From the NCBI GenBank assembly GCA_013360215.1, contig JABWCP010000001.1:153144-217143 (forward strand): 64,000 nt of DNA, in the 5' to 3' direction. A program made the position numbers and the translations under genes. Numbering within the stretch: position 1 is the stretch's first letter; the number at the start of each line of letters is the position of its first letter. Under the pieces are notes generated by a model. The model saw only the letters and a list, made by a program, of their open reading frames with translations, did no database searches and had not been told where the DNA came from. Positions 30,454-39,023 of this stretch are shown here, in pieces. Origin of the DNA: a bacterium (GTDB lineage Bacteria; CLD3; SB21).

Positions 30454-30550
30454 GCACGAGCGAAGCATTTATAATAGCTTGAAAACCGAAGTGTCGCTAT
30501 ATCAAATCTAAGACATTTTTATTTAATTTCAACTAAAACAAAAACTTAAA

Positions 30551-31312
30551 ATGAACGTTGGCACACAACATAATGTCTCTGATAAGAAGCTCAATGCTTC
30601 AAGTAAGAGTGGTGTGGTGTGGCCTGCTCTGACTGAACGTGAGATTATACGTATTGCTGTTGAAGATGCAGCCCGTTTTGAACCCGCAATGTCGGAAATA
30701 TGGGAACGCTACAAAAAACGTTTGTATCTTTATATAAAATATAAACTCAATATTAATAAAGGTTTTGAAACTGATAAAGAACGTTACATTATCGAAGATA
30801 TTCTTCAGAATACCTTTTGTGATGTTCTAGAAAACCTTAATGAATATAATCCTCAATATGAAGTTTCAACATGGATTTATAATATTTGTAACAAGCATAT
30901 TGTACGTTATATCCGCGAAGTTCAAAAATATCAAGGACGTACGATAGCTATCGAAGACGAATCCGTCGAGGTTATCCGACTATCCTCTGACTCTGTGAAG
31001 CCTGACCAAGAATTCGAAGTAAAAGAATTTGAACGAATCATAACCTTTTTTGTAAAATCATTACAGCACAAAGCAGATCAGGAAGTGTTCCTTTTGTATT
31101 TACAGAATTTACATAATCATAACATTTCCGATCTTTTGGGTAAAACGCAAGACGCGGTACGAGCCCGGCTCAATCGCGTGATCAAACGGTTCAAAAAATT
31201 TATGACTAAGCAGTATCCGGAATATCTAAATTCAACGATGCTGTCGCAAATCAAAAATCTTTCGTTTGGTTCGGCCAATACCGAAAATGATTTTTCACCT
31301 GAAAGAGGATAG
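30551..31312 (+). CDS. ECF-type sigma-70 factor (divergent)
   Basis: Region 2: WERYKKRLY..IIEDILQNTF..VSTWIYNIC. Region 4: QEVFLL..ISDLLGKTQDAVRARLNR. Confidence 0.82.
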   Translation: MNVGTQHNVSDKKLNASSKSGVVWPALTEREIIRIAVEDAARFEPAMSEIWERYKKRLYLYIKYKLNINKGFETDKERYIIEDILQNTFCDVLENLNEYNPQYEVSTWIYNICNKHIVRYIREVQKYQGRTIAIEDESVEVIRLSSDSVKPDQEFEVKEFERIITFFVKSLQHKADQEVFLLYLQNLHNHNISDLLGKTQDAVRARLNRVIKRFKKFMTKQYPEYLNSTMLSQIKNLSFGSANTENDFSPERG

Positions 31313-31326
31313 GTGGTAAGCGGATT

Positions 31327-32400
31327 ATGAAGCAACTTCAAAACAAAATCGAAGTTACGGCTGACGAACTGTTTGAACAGTTTGTTCGCGAACTGGAAAA
31401 TTACAGCACGAACGGCGTTGTTCGTTCGTTTGAAACGGACCGTCTCTGGCCGCTTGCTCAGCACTACATTGCGCAATGCGCGCCCATGCAAGAGCGCATG
31501 GATTTAGAAGAACGAATTCGCCTTCTTTTAGCATCGAAATATCAGTACACTTTGCAGGAATCCCGATTAAAACTCAGTGAAAATTTAGAACAAAGTATCA
31601 AAGAAAAAATCAGGGCCTTAGTCAAATCTAATATAGAAAATGCCGGTAAATTTGCTGCGTTGGCTTTCAATTGGACGGTCTTAAAGCCTTTGCAGTTTGC
31701 AAAGGATATTTTACAGCCAGTCGCAACCAATGCTATGCTTACCTATGCCGTAGCGATTCAACCATCATTCACACCGGCTATGGATGCGATAAAATTAGAG
31801 TCTAAAATCCAAGCCTCGCATGTAGAAGTTGCTGACGAAATTAAGACTGATTTTTCACGAGTTTATGAACTACCAAGTGTAAAAACATACTCTAATGAAG
31901 ATCTGAATGCTATGAACGCCGGAGCCAATACACTGGCAGACGAAAAAGCTCCGATAATTCAGAAAAATGTAAATAAGACGTATCACATAACACCTGTACA
32001 ATCATCTCTTAAAGAGACTTCTAAGTTGACCATTGATGTGGAACGCGCTCGGTTGATTCCGGAGACCATACCTTCAGTGACTTCTTCCCCCGTCTCTTAC
32101 GACCGTACACGGCGTGAGTTGCGATCAATCGGTGAAGTTCAGCAAACTATCGGCCTGCATGAAAATAAGATTTTTAGTTGTTATCAGTCATATCGCAAAA
32201 CTTCAAATAGAAAAAATGGACGTGTCGCCGTTAAGTTTTTAGTTTCGAGTAAAGGTGTGATCAAGGATGTACAGGTAACAGCTAATAGCTTTAACCGGCA
32301 AATGGCGGACCGCATTGTGGTCCAACTCAAAGCTATCAAGTTTAGCGAAGTAGAATCACGCCATGGCGACCAGACTATATACCATACGTTCTATTTCTGA
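31327..32400 (+). CDS. Putative anti-sigma-like protein with C-terminal TonB-C/AgmX-PglI-like domain
   Basis: Directly follows the sigma gene. N-terminal QHYIAQCAPM resembles a degenerate ZAS motif. C-terminal IFSCYQSYRK..GRVAVKFLVSSKGVIKDVQV..IKF..YHTFYF. Confidence 0.65.
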   Translation: MKQLQNKIEVTADELFEQFVRELENYSTNGVVRSFETDRLWPLAQHYIAQCAPMQERMDLEERIRLLLASKYQYTLQESRLKLSENLEQSIKEKIRALVKSNIENAGKFAALAFNWTVLKPLQFAKDILQPVATNAMLTYAVAIQPSFTPAMDAIKLESKIQASHVEVADEIKTDFSRVYELPSVKTYSNEDLNAMNAGANTLADEKAPIIQKNVNKTYHITPVQSSLKETSKLTIDVERARLIPETIPSVTSSPVSYDRTRRELRSIGEVQQTIGLHENKIFSCYQSYRKTSNRKNGRVAVKFLVSSKGVIKDVQVTANSFNRQMADRIVVQLKAIKFSEVESRHGDQTIYHTFYF

Positions 32401-32440
32401 TCGAATTATTTGAGAAAATAAGTAGAGAGGGGTTACTTTT

Positions 32441-32731
32441 ATGCTGGAGTACATGCTACTCAAGTACGGGCTTATTTATATGCCGGCTTCGATCAATATT
32501 ATCGCCAAACGTATCGGGATATCCGAAACCGATCGCAATCTTGAGGTTCTCAAAAAAGAATTGGATAAACTGGTTTCAAAGAAAAAGGCCTATCGCTCCG
32601 GCAACCGCTATGCGATAGATGCCGAAGGCGCACGCGCCATTTCAGAATACCAAGATCCTAAAAAACTGCAGGAAAAACCTAATCCGGAAAACTTTAAAAA
32701 AATTTTTAAGCAGTATTCTGTCGCACGCTAG
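32441..32731 (+). CDS. Small protein, possible winged helix-turn-helix
   Basis: GAGGGG RBS. The stretch INIIAKRIGIS..LKKELDKLVSKK..GNRYAIDAEG resembles an HTH plus wing. Confidence 0.6.
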   Translation: MLEYMLLKYGLIYMPASINIIAKRIGISETDRNLEVLKKELDKLVSKKKAYRSGNRYAIDAEGARAISEYQDPKKLQEKPNPENFKKIFKQYSVAR

Positions 32732-32752
32732 GAAAAACGTGCGAATTTTAAG

Positions 32753-32782
32753 AAAGCCTAACGATAACCGTTAGGCTTTTTT
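32753..32782 (+). terminator. Intrinsic terminator of the sigma operon
   Basis: AAAGCCTAACG-ataac-CGTTAGGCTTTTTT, overlapping the stop of the convergent gene. Confidence 0.75.
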
Positions 32783-33133
32783 CGTTTTAGAGGATTTTGC
32801 TTTGTTTGTACGAACCGCCGATTTCTTTTCGGTATTTGCTCGTTTTGGCAAATCAACTACTACTGAAACCAAGCAATTTTCCGTACCAAAAGGATTGGTT
32901 TTACGCGGTGCTTTATCATCTACCATCCAGGCTTTTTTATTAACACGATAAAGAAATTCGTACTCGCCCGTCGGCAATTTTAATGTTATAGACCAGTTAC
33001 CTGATTTATCTTTTTTGAGAGAATGTTTATCTTCATCCCAACCGTTAAAATTTCCTAAAAGATTGACCGATTCCGCCTCGCTTAAATGAACAGAAAAAGT
33101 CGTCTTCCCCGTTTTAGAGTCTACCATTACCAT
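32771..33133 (-). CDS. CBM48/AMPK-beta-like glycogen-binding (isoamylase early set) domain protein with Lys-rich tail
   Basis: AESVNLLGNFNGWD, GNWSITLKLPTGEYEFLYRVN, NPFGTENC. Confidence 0.88.
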   Translation of the reverse strand: MVMVDSKTGKTTFSVHLSEAESVNLLGNFNGWDEDKHSLKKDKSGNWSITLKLPTGEYEFLYRVNKKAWMVDDKAPRKTNPFGTENCLVSVVVDLPKRANTEKKSAVRTNKAKSSKTKKA

Positions 33134-33276
33134 AAATTGCTTCCTCTCATTTTAGATAAATAACTTAATGAATATACCTACAAATCATAAAAACACAAGC
33201 AAAAGCCGAAAAAATTACAAAATTCATGCGATTTCACGGTGTTTACCCGACAAAAATATACGTTTTTATAAAATTC

Positions 33277-33305
33277 TTGACTTTGGATATGCCATTCTCT
33301 ACTTT
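33277..33305 (+). promoter_or_regulatory. sigma70-like promoter for efp-accB
   Basis: TTGACT-N17-TACTTT. Confidence 0.55.
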
Positions 33306-33355
33306 GAGCGGTCTAAAAAATACAATCGTTTACTTTCTTTAGGATTCAGATTTAC

Positions 33356-33922
33356 ATGGCAGGTGTCGCCGATTTTCGTACAGGTATGACCATTTTGATG
33401 GATGGTAATCTTTTTGTTGTTACTGAGTTTCAACATCGCAATCCAGGCAATTGGCGCGCTTTTGTCGTCGCTAAATTAAAAAATGTTCGCACCGGGCGAG
33501 TGATCGAAAAAACATTTCGTTCGCACGATAAATTAGAAGAAGTACGCGCCGAAAGCAAAAACATGGCCTACCTCTATTCCGATGGCGACATGATGTACTT
33601 TATGGATAACGAATCATTTGAACAAGTCGGTATACCCCGTGAATCTGTCGGTGAGGCGGCCAATTACCTGAAAGAAGGTATAGCGCCGGCTATTCTTTTT
33701 TATGAAGGCAATGCCGTCAGTATCGAAATGCCTATCACCGTTGAATTAAAAATCACAAGTACGGTTCCTGGAGTCAAGGGTGATACCGTGACCGGAGGCA
33801 CCAAACCGGCAACCTTGGAGTCCGGTGCTGTAGTCAATGTACCTCTTTTTATCAATGAAGGCGATACGGTGAAAGTTGACACCCGCTCCGGTGATTATCT
33901 CGAACGCGTCAATACGAAATAA
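33356..33922 (+). CDS. efp: Elongation factor P
   Basis: HRNPGNWRAFV, YLYSDG, PGVKGDT, KPATLESG, VPLFI, VDTRSGDYLER. Confidence 0.97.
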   Translation: MAGVADFRTGMTILMDGNLFVVTEFQHRNPGNWRAFVVAKLKNVRTGRVIEKTFRSHDKLEEVRAESKNMAYLYSDGDMMYFMDNESFEQVGIPRESVGEAANYLKEGIAPAILFYEGNAVSIEMPITVELKITSTVPGVKGDTVTGGTKPATLESGAVVNVPLFINEGDTVKVDTRSGDYLERVNTK

Positions 33923-33951
33923 ATCTTCTGCACAAACGGAGAGAGAAACGC

Positions 33952-34479
33952 ATGGATCTCAAAGACTTGAAAAATCTCATCAAAATGGTAGATGAGAGTA
34001 ATGTCAATGAAGTCGAAATAGAGCAAGACAATGCCAAAACCAAAGGACGCCTGAAGATACGGATAAGCAAATCCGGTACGACACATGCCATGGCTGTCGT
34101 TCAACATTCGGCTCCGATGGCTATGCCGCACCATGTACCGACACAACATCTTCCCCCGCCGGCTGTCCAATTTGAAAGCCAAGAGACGATAGAAAAATCT
34201 AAATCTGAAAGACCGGCCGGAGCCGTGGAGCAAGGCAACTTTATAGAGGTTAAGTCTCCTATTGTCGGCACTTTTTACCGTTCGCCCGCACCCGACGCCG
34301 ATGTCTATGTTCAAGTGGGCTCTTCGGTCAAACCCGGGCAGACGCTTTGTATTATCGAAGCGATGAAAATAATGAACGAAATCGAATCTGAATCGTCCGG
34401 TAAAATCGCCAAGATCCTCGTAGAAAACGGCCAACCTGTGGAATACAATCAGACGCTTTTCTTGATCGAAAAAGCTTAA
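33952..34479 (+). CDS. accB: Acetyl-CoA carboxylase biotin carboxyl carrier protein
   Basis: SPIVGTFYRSP and the EAMKIMNEI biotinylation motif. Confidence 0.96.
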   Translation: MDLKDLKNLIKMVDESNVNEVEIEQDNAKTKGRLKIRISKSGTTHAMAVVQHSAPMAMPHHVPTQHLPPPAVQFESQETIEKSKSERPAGAVEQGNFIEVKSPIVGTFYRSPAPDADVYVQVGSSVKPGQTLCIIEAMKIMNEIESESSGKIAKILVENGQPVEYNQTLFLIEKA

Positions 34480-34500
34480 TCCCCGGCGAGAATAAACGCC

Positions 34501-36027
34501 GTGTCATTTCGGAAAAAAATATACATAACCGGTTTTTTACTGATAATAACCTGGCTTTTTGCCGGGTTTTATCTTTTAATGCACTACCAGCGTACACAGG
34601 AACTTACCGACACGCTAATCCCCTTCGAAATTGTCAAACTTAAATCCATCGAATATCTTCGTCGGCACGCTGATACATTTGAACGATATTGGAGCCCTAC
34701 CGAAGAAACGCCAGTCCATCCGATCGTCCTTAATCAGGAATTAATCAAATTTGATGAAGAGATACAGTCGTTAATAAAGCTACATTGGGAAAGCAAGGCG
34801 TTTTGGGAGGCGCATGGGGATCACGTCGGCTCGTCATCTCTTGTCATGTACGTTACGGGCCTTATTTGGTATGACACACTTTCCGTGGACTCGGAACGGA
34901 TTCAGCTGAGCCATCTCAAAGAACTCACAGCTCAGCTTCGTAACTCCGCGCCAACCCGTGCAGGCACTACGATTGCTTCAACAGAAAAGAAAATATTAGG
35001 CACCATACATGAAATCCAAATTACCATCCATGCGCTGGATGAAACTGCCAATAAAATTCTGGAACAGAAAATCTCATATATCTCGCATCGCGGCCTTTTC
35101 GCCAAATCTATCATATTTGCAGTTTTTACACTTGCCATCATTTTGATTACATTTCTCATCATCGACATACATCGAATTTTACAAAGTATCGGCGGTATAA
35201 AAACGATCACATCCGCATTTGCCGAAGGCAAACTTGATGAACGGCTGCCCGTAGAAGGTTTTGAGGAAATACGAACCATCGCCGTATCGTTTAACGCCAT
35301 GGGCGAACGCATGCAGGAATTGGACAAACTCAAATCCGATTTTTTTAACAAACTCGTACATGACTTCAAAAGCCCGCTGGATAATATCAAACAATCGGCC
35401 GATGTACTGATCAGCGGGATAACCGGCGAAACTTCGGACGGAAAACAAAAGAAGTTCTTAGAAATTATTAAAAAAAGCTCCATTCAACTCCGTACGATGA
35501 TACAAGAGCAGTTGGATGAATCCAAACTTATCGCAGGACAAAGCTCGCTTGTTTATGAACAAACAGATATTCGCCAGTTAATCCGAGAGCGAATGGAATT
35601 GCAACGCCCGACCGCCACAGCGCGCCAACTGAATTTTGCCGTAAAATTCACAGATGCCACCTTCGTCATCTCTTGTGATCGTGCAAAACTCTCGCGTGTA
35701 ATGGATAATCTGCTTAGCAATGCGATCAAATACGCATTCCCCGAGACGACCATATCAGTAGAAATTGAAGATCGCGTGCATGAAATTGAACTCCGAATCC
35801 GGGATCACGGTCCGGGCATTCCAGCAACGATGCTAACTCAAATTTTCCAAAAATACGTACGGATAGAGCATAATCGAGGTACAAACGGAACAGGTCTCGG
35901 TTTATATACCGCTAAATATATAGTGGAGTTACACAAGGGGCGCATTTGGGCATCGAATTACAATGACGGTGCCGTATTGCACGTTTTACTTCCAAAATCA
36001 CCGGGACAACCACGGCTCAATCATTAA
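34501..36027 (+). CDS. HAMP-domain sensor histidine kinase
   Basis: Two TM helices, HAMP (EEIRTIAVSFNAM), H-box VHDFKSPL, NLLSNAIKY, DHGPGI, GTGLGL. Confidence 0.92.
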   Translation: MSFRKKIYITGFLLIITWLFAGFYLLMHYQRTQELTDTLIPFEIVKLKSIEYLRRHADTFERYWSPTEETPVHPIVLNQELIKFDEEIQSLIKLHWESKAFWEAHGDHVGSSSLVMYVTGLIWYDTLSVDSERIQLSHLKELTAQLRNSAPTRAGTTIASTEKKILGTIHEIQITIHALDETANKILEQKISYISHRGLFAKSIIFAVFTLAIILITFLIIDIHRILQSIGGIKTITSAFAEGKLDERLPVEGFEEIRTIAVSFNAMGERMQELDKLKSDFFNKLVHDFKSPLDNIKQSADVLISGITGETSDGKQKKFLEIIKKSSIQLRTMIQEQLDESKLIAGQSSLVYEQTDIRQLIRERMELQRPTATARQLNFAVKFTDATFVISCDRAKLSRVMDNLLSNAIKYAFPETTISVEIEDRVHEIELRIRDHGPGIPATMLTQIFQKYVRIEHNRGTNGTGLGLYTAKYIVELHKGRIWASNYNDGAVLHVLLPKSPGQPRLNH

Positions 36028-36040
36028 AAACAAAATCTGC

Positions 36041-36077
36041 TTGAAACAGGAATCCTTACACTCTATATTGCGCGCGT
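36041..36077 (+). promoter_or_regulatory. tRNA promoter with GC-rich discriminator
   Basis: TTGAAA-N17-TATATT followed by GCGCGCG. Confidence 0.65.
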
Positions 36078-36091
36078 CAAACATATAGTAT

Positions 36092-36165
36092 GGGCCCGTA
36101 GCTCAGTTGGATAGAGCATCTGCCTTCTAAGCAGAGGGTCACAGGTTCGAGTCCTGTCGGGCCTA
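36092..36165 (+). tRNA. tRNA-Arg (anticodon TCT)
   Basis: Acceptor stem GGGCCCG/CGGGCCT, D-arm GCTCAGTTGGATAGAGC, anticodon arm TCTGC-CTTCTAA-GCAGA, T-loop GGTTCGAGTCC. CCA is not encoded. Confidence 0.97.
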
Positions 36166-36170
36166 CTAAT

Positions 36171-36206
36171 AAAAAAGGTTTGCTAAATCTATAGCAAACC
36201 TTTTTT
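36171..36206. terminator. Bidirectional intrinsic terminator after the tRNA
   Basis: AAAAAAGGTTTGCTA-aatcta-TAGCAAACCTTTTTT. Confidence 0.88.
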
Positions 36207-36331
36207 ATTTAACCTCAAGACTTCTTTGTAAGATTAACCCATCAAACCATCTCTTAAATGAGCTACACGCAGGCCCTCGAATGAGAAGTTTATATCAAAA
36301 TGCGAATATGTGATTCAAGCAACTTTGTTTA

Positions 36332-37084
36332 TTATTTTTTTCCGTCGAAATTAAAAACGATTTCATGATCAAACCAATCTTCGGCCGGAACACCGTCATT
36401 GGTGGCAGGATAAAACTTCATTCGATTAGCCGTTTTGCGGGCAATTTCCTGAAGTTCCTTTTCTTTGGTAGTATTGTTTACAACGACAGCTTCAACCACA
36501 TTACCCTGGCTGTCGATGTGTAAACGTAATCGTACGGAGCCATTGATTTTATTTTTTACTTTTTCGACATTGGGTTGCACCAAAACCCGAACTCTCGGAT
36601 TGGTATGAACGACGGGTTTTTCTTTACCACTGGATGCTCCATCGCCTCCTTCATCCCCCACACCCATGCCTATTCCACGTCCTAGACCGTTACCGGTTCC
36701 GTTTTCTGCAAAAAATTGCGCGGTCGTATCCACAACCATGCTATCCGTTATTTTTTTATCAGCCTCTTTTTCGTCCTTTACGATTTCAGATACATTAGCC
36801 ATCTTCTTAAGATCTTTATCCGAACTTACTTTTGCACGCATCGAAGCACGTGATCCGGATGACTTTGGCTTACTATCATTGAGGAGAAAATCCAAATTTT
36901 CGAGCTTGAAAACCATCGGCGCTTCCTGTTTACCATCCGACCAATCCCAAAGCGTGATGGCCATGTATAACCCAACAGCCATGAGATGCACGGCAATGGA
37001 TATACCTACGGCATAGGAAATATATTTACGATAAACGAGTTTTAATTGACTTTGAATCATATAATAATAAACGAATTCTGGCAC
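36332..37084 (-). CDS. TonB family energy transducer
   Basis: N-terminal TM with SIAVHL (SxxxH), Gly-rich linker, C-terminal GSVRLRLHIDSQGNV..KFYPATNDGVP. Confidence 0.82.
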   Translation of the reverse strand: MPEFVYYYMIQSQLKLVYRKYISYAVGISIAVHLMAVGLYMAITLWDWSDGKQEAPMVFKLENLDFLLNDSKPKSSGSRASMRAKVSSDKDLKKMANVSEIVKDEKEADKKITDSMVVDTTAQFFAENGTGNGLGRGIGMGVGDEGGDGASSGKEKPVVHTNPRVRVLVQPNVEKVKNKINGSVRLRLHIDSQGNVVEAVVVNNTTKEKELQEIARKTANRMKFYPATNDGVPAEDWFDHEIVFNFDGKK

Positions 37085-37142
37085 GAATTGTTCCCCAAAC
37101 TAATATCCGTGTTTTTTCTTAATAGCGCAAGATTGAAAATTA

Positions 37143-38315
37143 TTAAACAAAAAGGCCTGCGGCATGCCCCGACGCCCATGCCCACTGAAAATTATGCCCT
37201 CCAAGGTGCCCAGTTACATCTACAACCTCACCAACGAAATACAAACCTTTCTGTTTAACCGATTCCATTGTTTTCGACGAAATATCGCGTGTATCAACGC
37301 CTCCGCGTGTAACTTCAGCTTTTTCAAATCCCGCTGTTGAGACAGGTATCAATTTCCACTGATGTATTTTCTCATCCAAATTATTTAGTTCTTTAGACGA
37401 AAGTTGATAAACCGGTTTATTAGAAAAATGCTCTACACACCATGATTGTATAAACCGTTTGGGGAAATGATAGCTCAATACGTTAACCAGATCTGAGCGG
37501 CTGTTCATATGTTGATCTAACAATTGTTCTATCGTTTTATTCGGCAAAAGATCAATGGTTAGTATATCCCCTTTTTTCCAGTAAGAAGAAATCTGCAAAA
37601 CCGCCGGCCCACTAATACCCCGATGCGTAAAAAGCATATTTTCATGAAATGATTTTTTTTCGCAGGAAATAATAACCTCGATTGAAACACCAGTCAAATC
37701 ACCGTACCGTTGAATAAAACCGGCATCCATGTGAAGAGGAACTAACGCCGGTTCAGGTGGTATTATCCGATGGCCAAATTTTTCCGCTAGTCGCAATCCA
37801 AAATCCGTAGCGCCTATTTTCGGGATTGAAAGCCCTCCAGTCGCTATGACGACATGGGGTGCTTTGTAAATACCGGTGTTAGTTTGTAACGTGTAGCATT
37901 CATCATAACGAACTTCTTCAACACGATTTTTTATAACCATCTTGACCCCGGCATCGGCGCATTCGTTCAAAAGTATGGATACAATGTCCCTCGCCGAATC
38001 ATCACAGAATAACTGACCGCCTTTTTTTTCATGAAAGGCAATACCATGTTTTTTTACCAGTTCAACAAAATCTGTGGGACTATACCGTGATAGGGCTGAT
38101 TTGAAAAAATGAGGGTTTGTTGAAATAAAATTATCAGGTCCGGATAAAAGATTGGTGAAATTGCAACGTCCACCGCCTGAAATCAGAATTTTTTTTCCGA
38201 CCTGTTCATTTTGTTCTAAAACTACGACGCGGCGCCCTCTCCGAGCCGCCGTCATAGCGCACATCAGGCCGGCTGCGCCAGCGCCGACAATGATGACATC
38301 CGTTTGGTTGACCAT
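37143..38315 (-). CDS. HI0933/BaiN-family NAD(P)/FAD-dependent oxidoreductase
   Basis: GAGAAG, GKKILISGGGRCNFTN, LFTHRGISGP, VTRGGV, LGGHNFQWAW. Confidence 0.94.
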   Translation of the reverse strand: MVNQTDVIIVGAGAAGLMCAMTAARRGRRVVVLEQNEQVGKKILISGGGRCNFTNLLSGPDNFISTNPHFFKSALSRYSPTDFVELVKKHGIAFHEKKGGQLFCDDSARDIVSILLNECADAGVKMVIKNRVEEVRYDECYTLQTNTGIYKAPHVVIATGGLSIPKIGATDFGLRLAEKFGHRIIPPEPALVPLHMDAGFIQRYGDLTGVSIEVIISCEKKSFHENMLFTHRGISGPAVLQISSYWKKGDILTIDLLPNKTIEQLLDQHMNSRSDLVNVLSYHFPKRFIQSWCVEHFSNKPVYQLSSKELNNLDEKIHQWKLIPVSTAGFEKAEVTRGGVDTRDISSKTMESVKQKGLYFVGEVVDVTGHLGGHNFQWAWASGHAAGLFV

Positions 38316-38490
38316 AGTGAATTAGAGTGCAAATATTTTATTCTTTTAAGATCGAATTAGTGTTCCGACCGATGAGTAAAATACTGAAATAAACGGATGA
38401 TGAAAGAAAATTAAATGATGAACTAAAAAATTTAAATACGTATATAAAACCTTCTTAAAAATAGAGAATTCAAAATTCAATAACTGGACT

Positions 38491-38919
38491 TCAATATACT
38501 TCAAATTCATTGGAATACACGGTGTCTTTACGTCCAGGATCACCGTCCCACAAAAAGGGAATTCCTACACGGTAAATACCCGGTTTTACGACGAAAATAT
38601 CCAGTACCGTTGTTTCATTTATATTGATAATAACTGTATCGCTTTGAGGATCATCTATAAGCGATGAAGTAACCAAACTCCATCGATCCTTTACAATTTT
38701 TTCACGAAAGGCAGAATTATACAGTAACAAATATAAAATTGATTCCGTTTTATTGGAAATATGTATATAAATACGCTCATTATGATATAGTGATTTATCA
38801 GTTAAAACTGATAAGCCAACTCTAAGATCATCTTGTTGATCATTTGAAATACATGACTCTAGAAGAAAACACTGTAATAGAACAATCACCATCACAATTA
38901 AAGACCATTTTTGCCTCAT
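38491..38919 (-). CDS. Putative lipoprotein of unknown function (beta-rich)
   Basis: GAGGGAGG RBS, signal peptide with LLESC lipobox-like motif, C-terminal PGIYRV..VYSNEFEV. AT-rich. Confidence 0.7.
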   Translation of the reverse strand: MRQKWSLIVMVIVLLQCFLLESCISNDQQDDLRVGLSVLTDKSLYHNERIYIHISNKTESILYLLLYNSAFREKIVKDRWSLVTSSLIDDPQSDTVIININETTVLDIFVVKPGIYRVGIPFLWDGDPGRKDTVYSNEFEVY

Positions 38920-38987
38920 AATCCATCCTCCCTCGATAATTACTATTATCTTAGTACAGGAGAGGTAAAAAAACTTACAGATTATTT

Positions 38988-39016
38988 AAAAAATAAAACC
39001 CTCGTTACCGAGGGCT
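38988..39016 (-). terminator. Intrinsic terminator after gluconokinase
   Basis: Minus strand AGCCCTCG-GTAA-CGAGGGTT-TTATTTTTT. Confidence 0.75.
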
Positions 39017-39023
39017 TCAATTC

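Noticed and set aside
38346-38543. 65-aa ORF, or TGA read-through of the lipoprotein
   Set aside because: AT-rich low-complexity sequence with no RBS; another in-frame stop follows within a few codons; no SECIS-like hairpin.
36092-39000. Genomic island integrated at tRNA-Arg
   Set aside because: Downstream DNA is partly AT-rich, but I saw no integrase or duplicated tRNA 3' end, and the flanking genes are ordinary.
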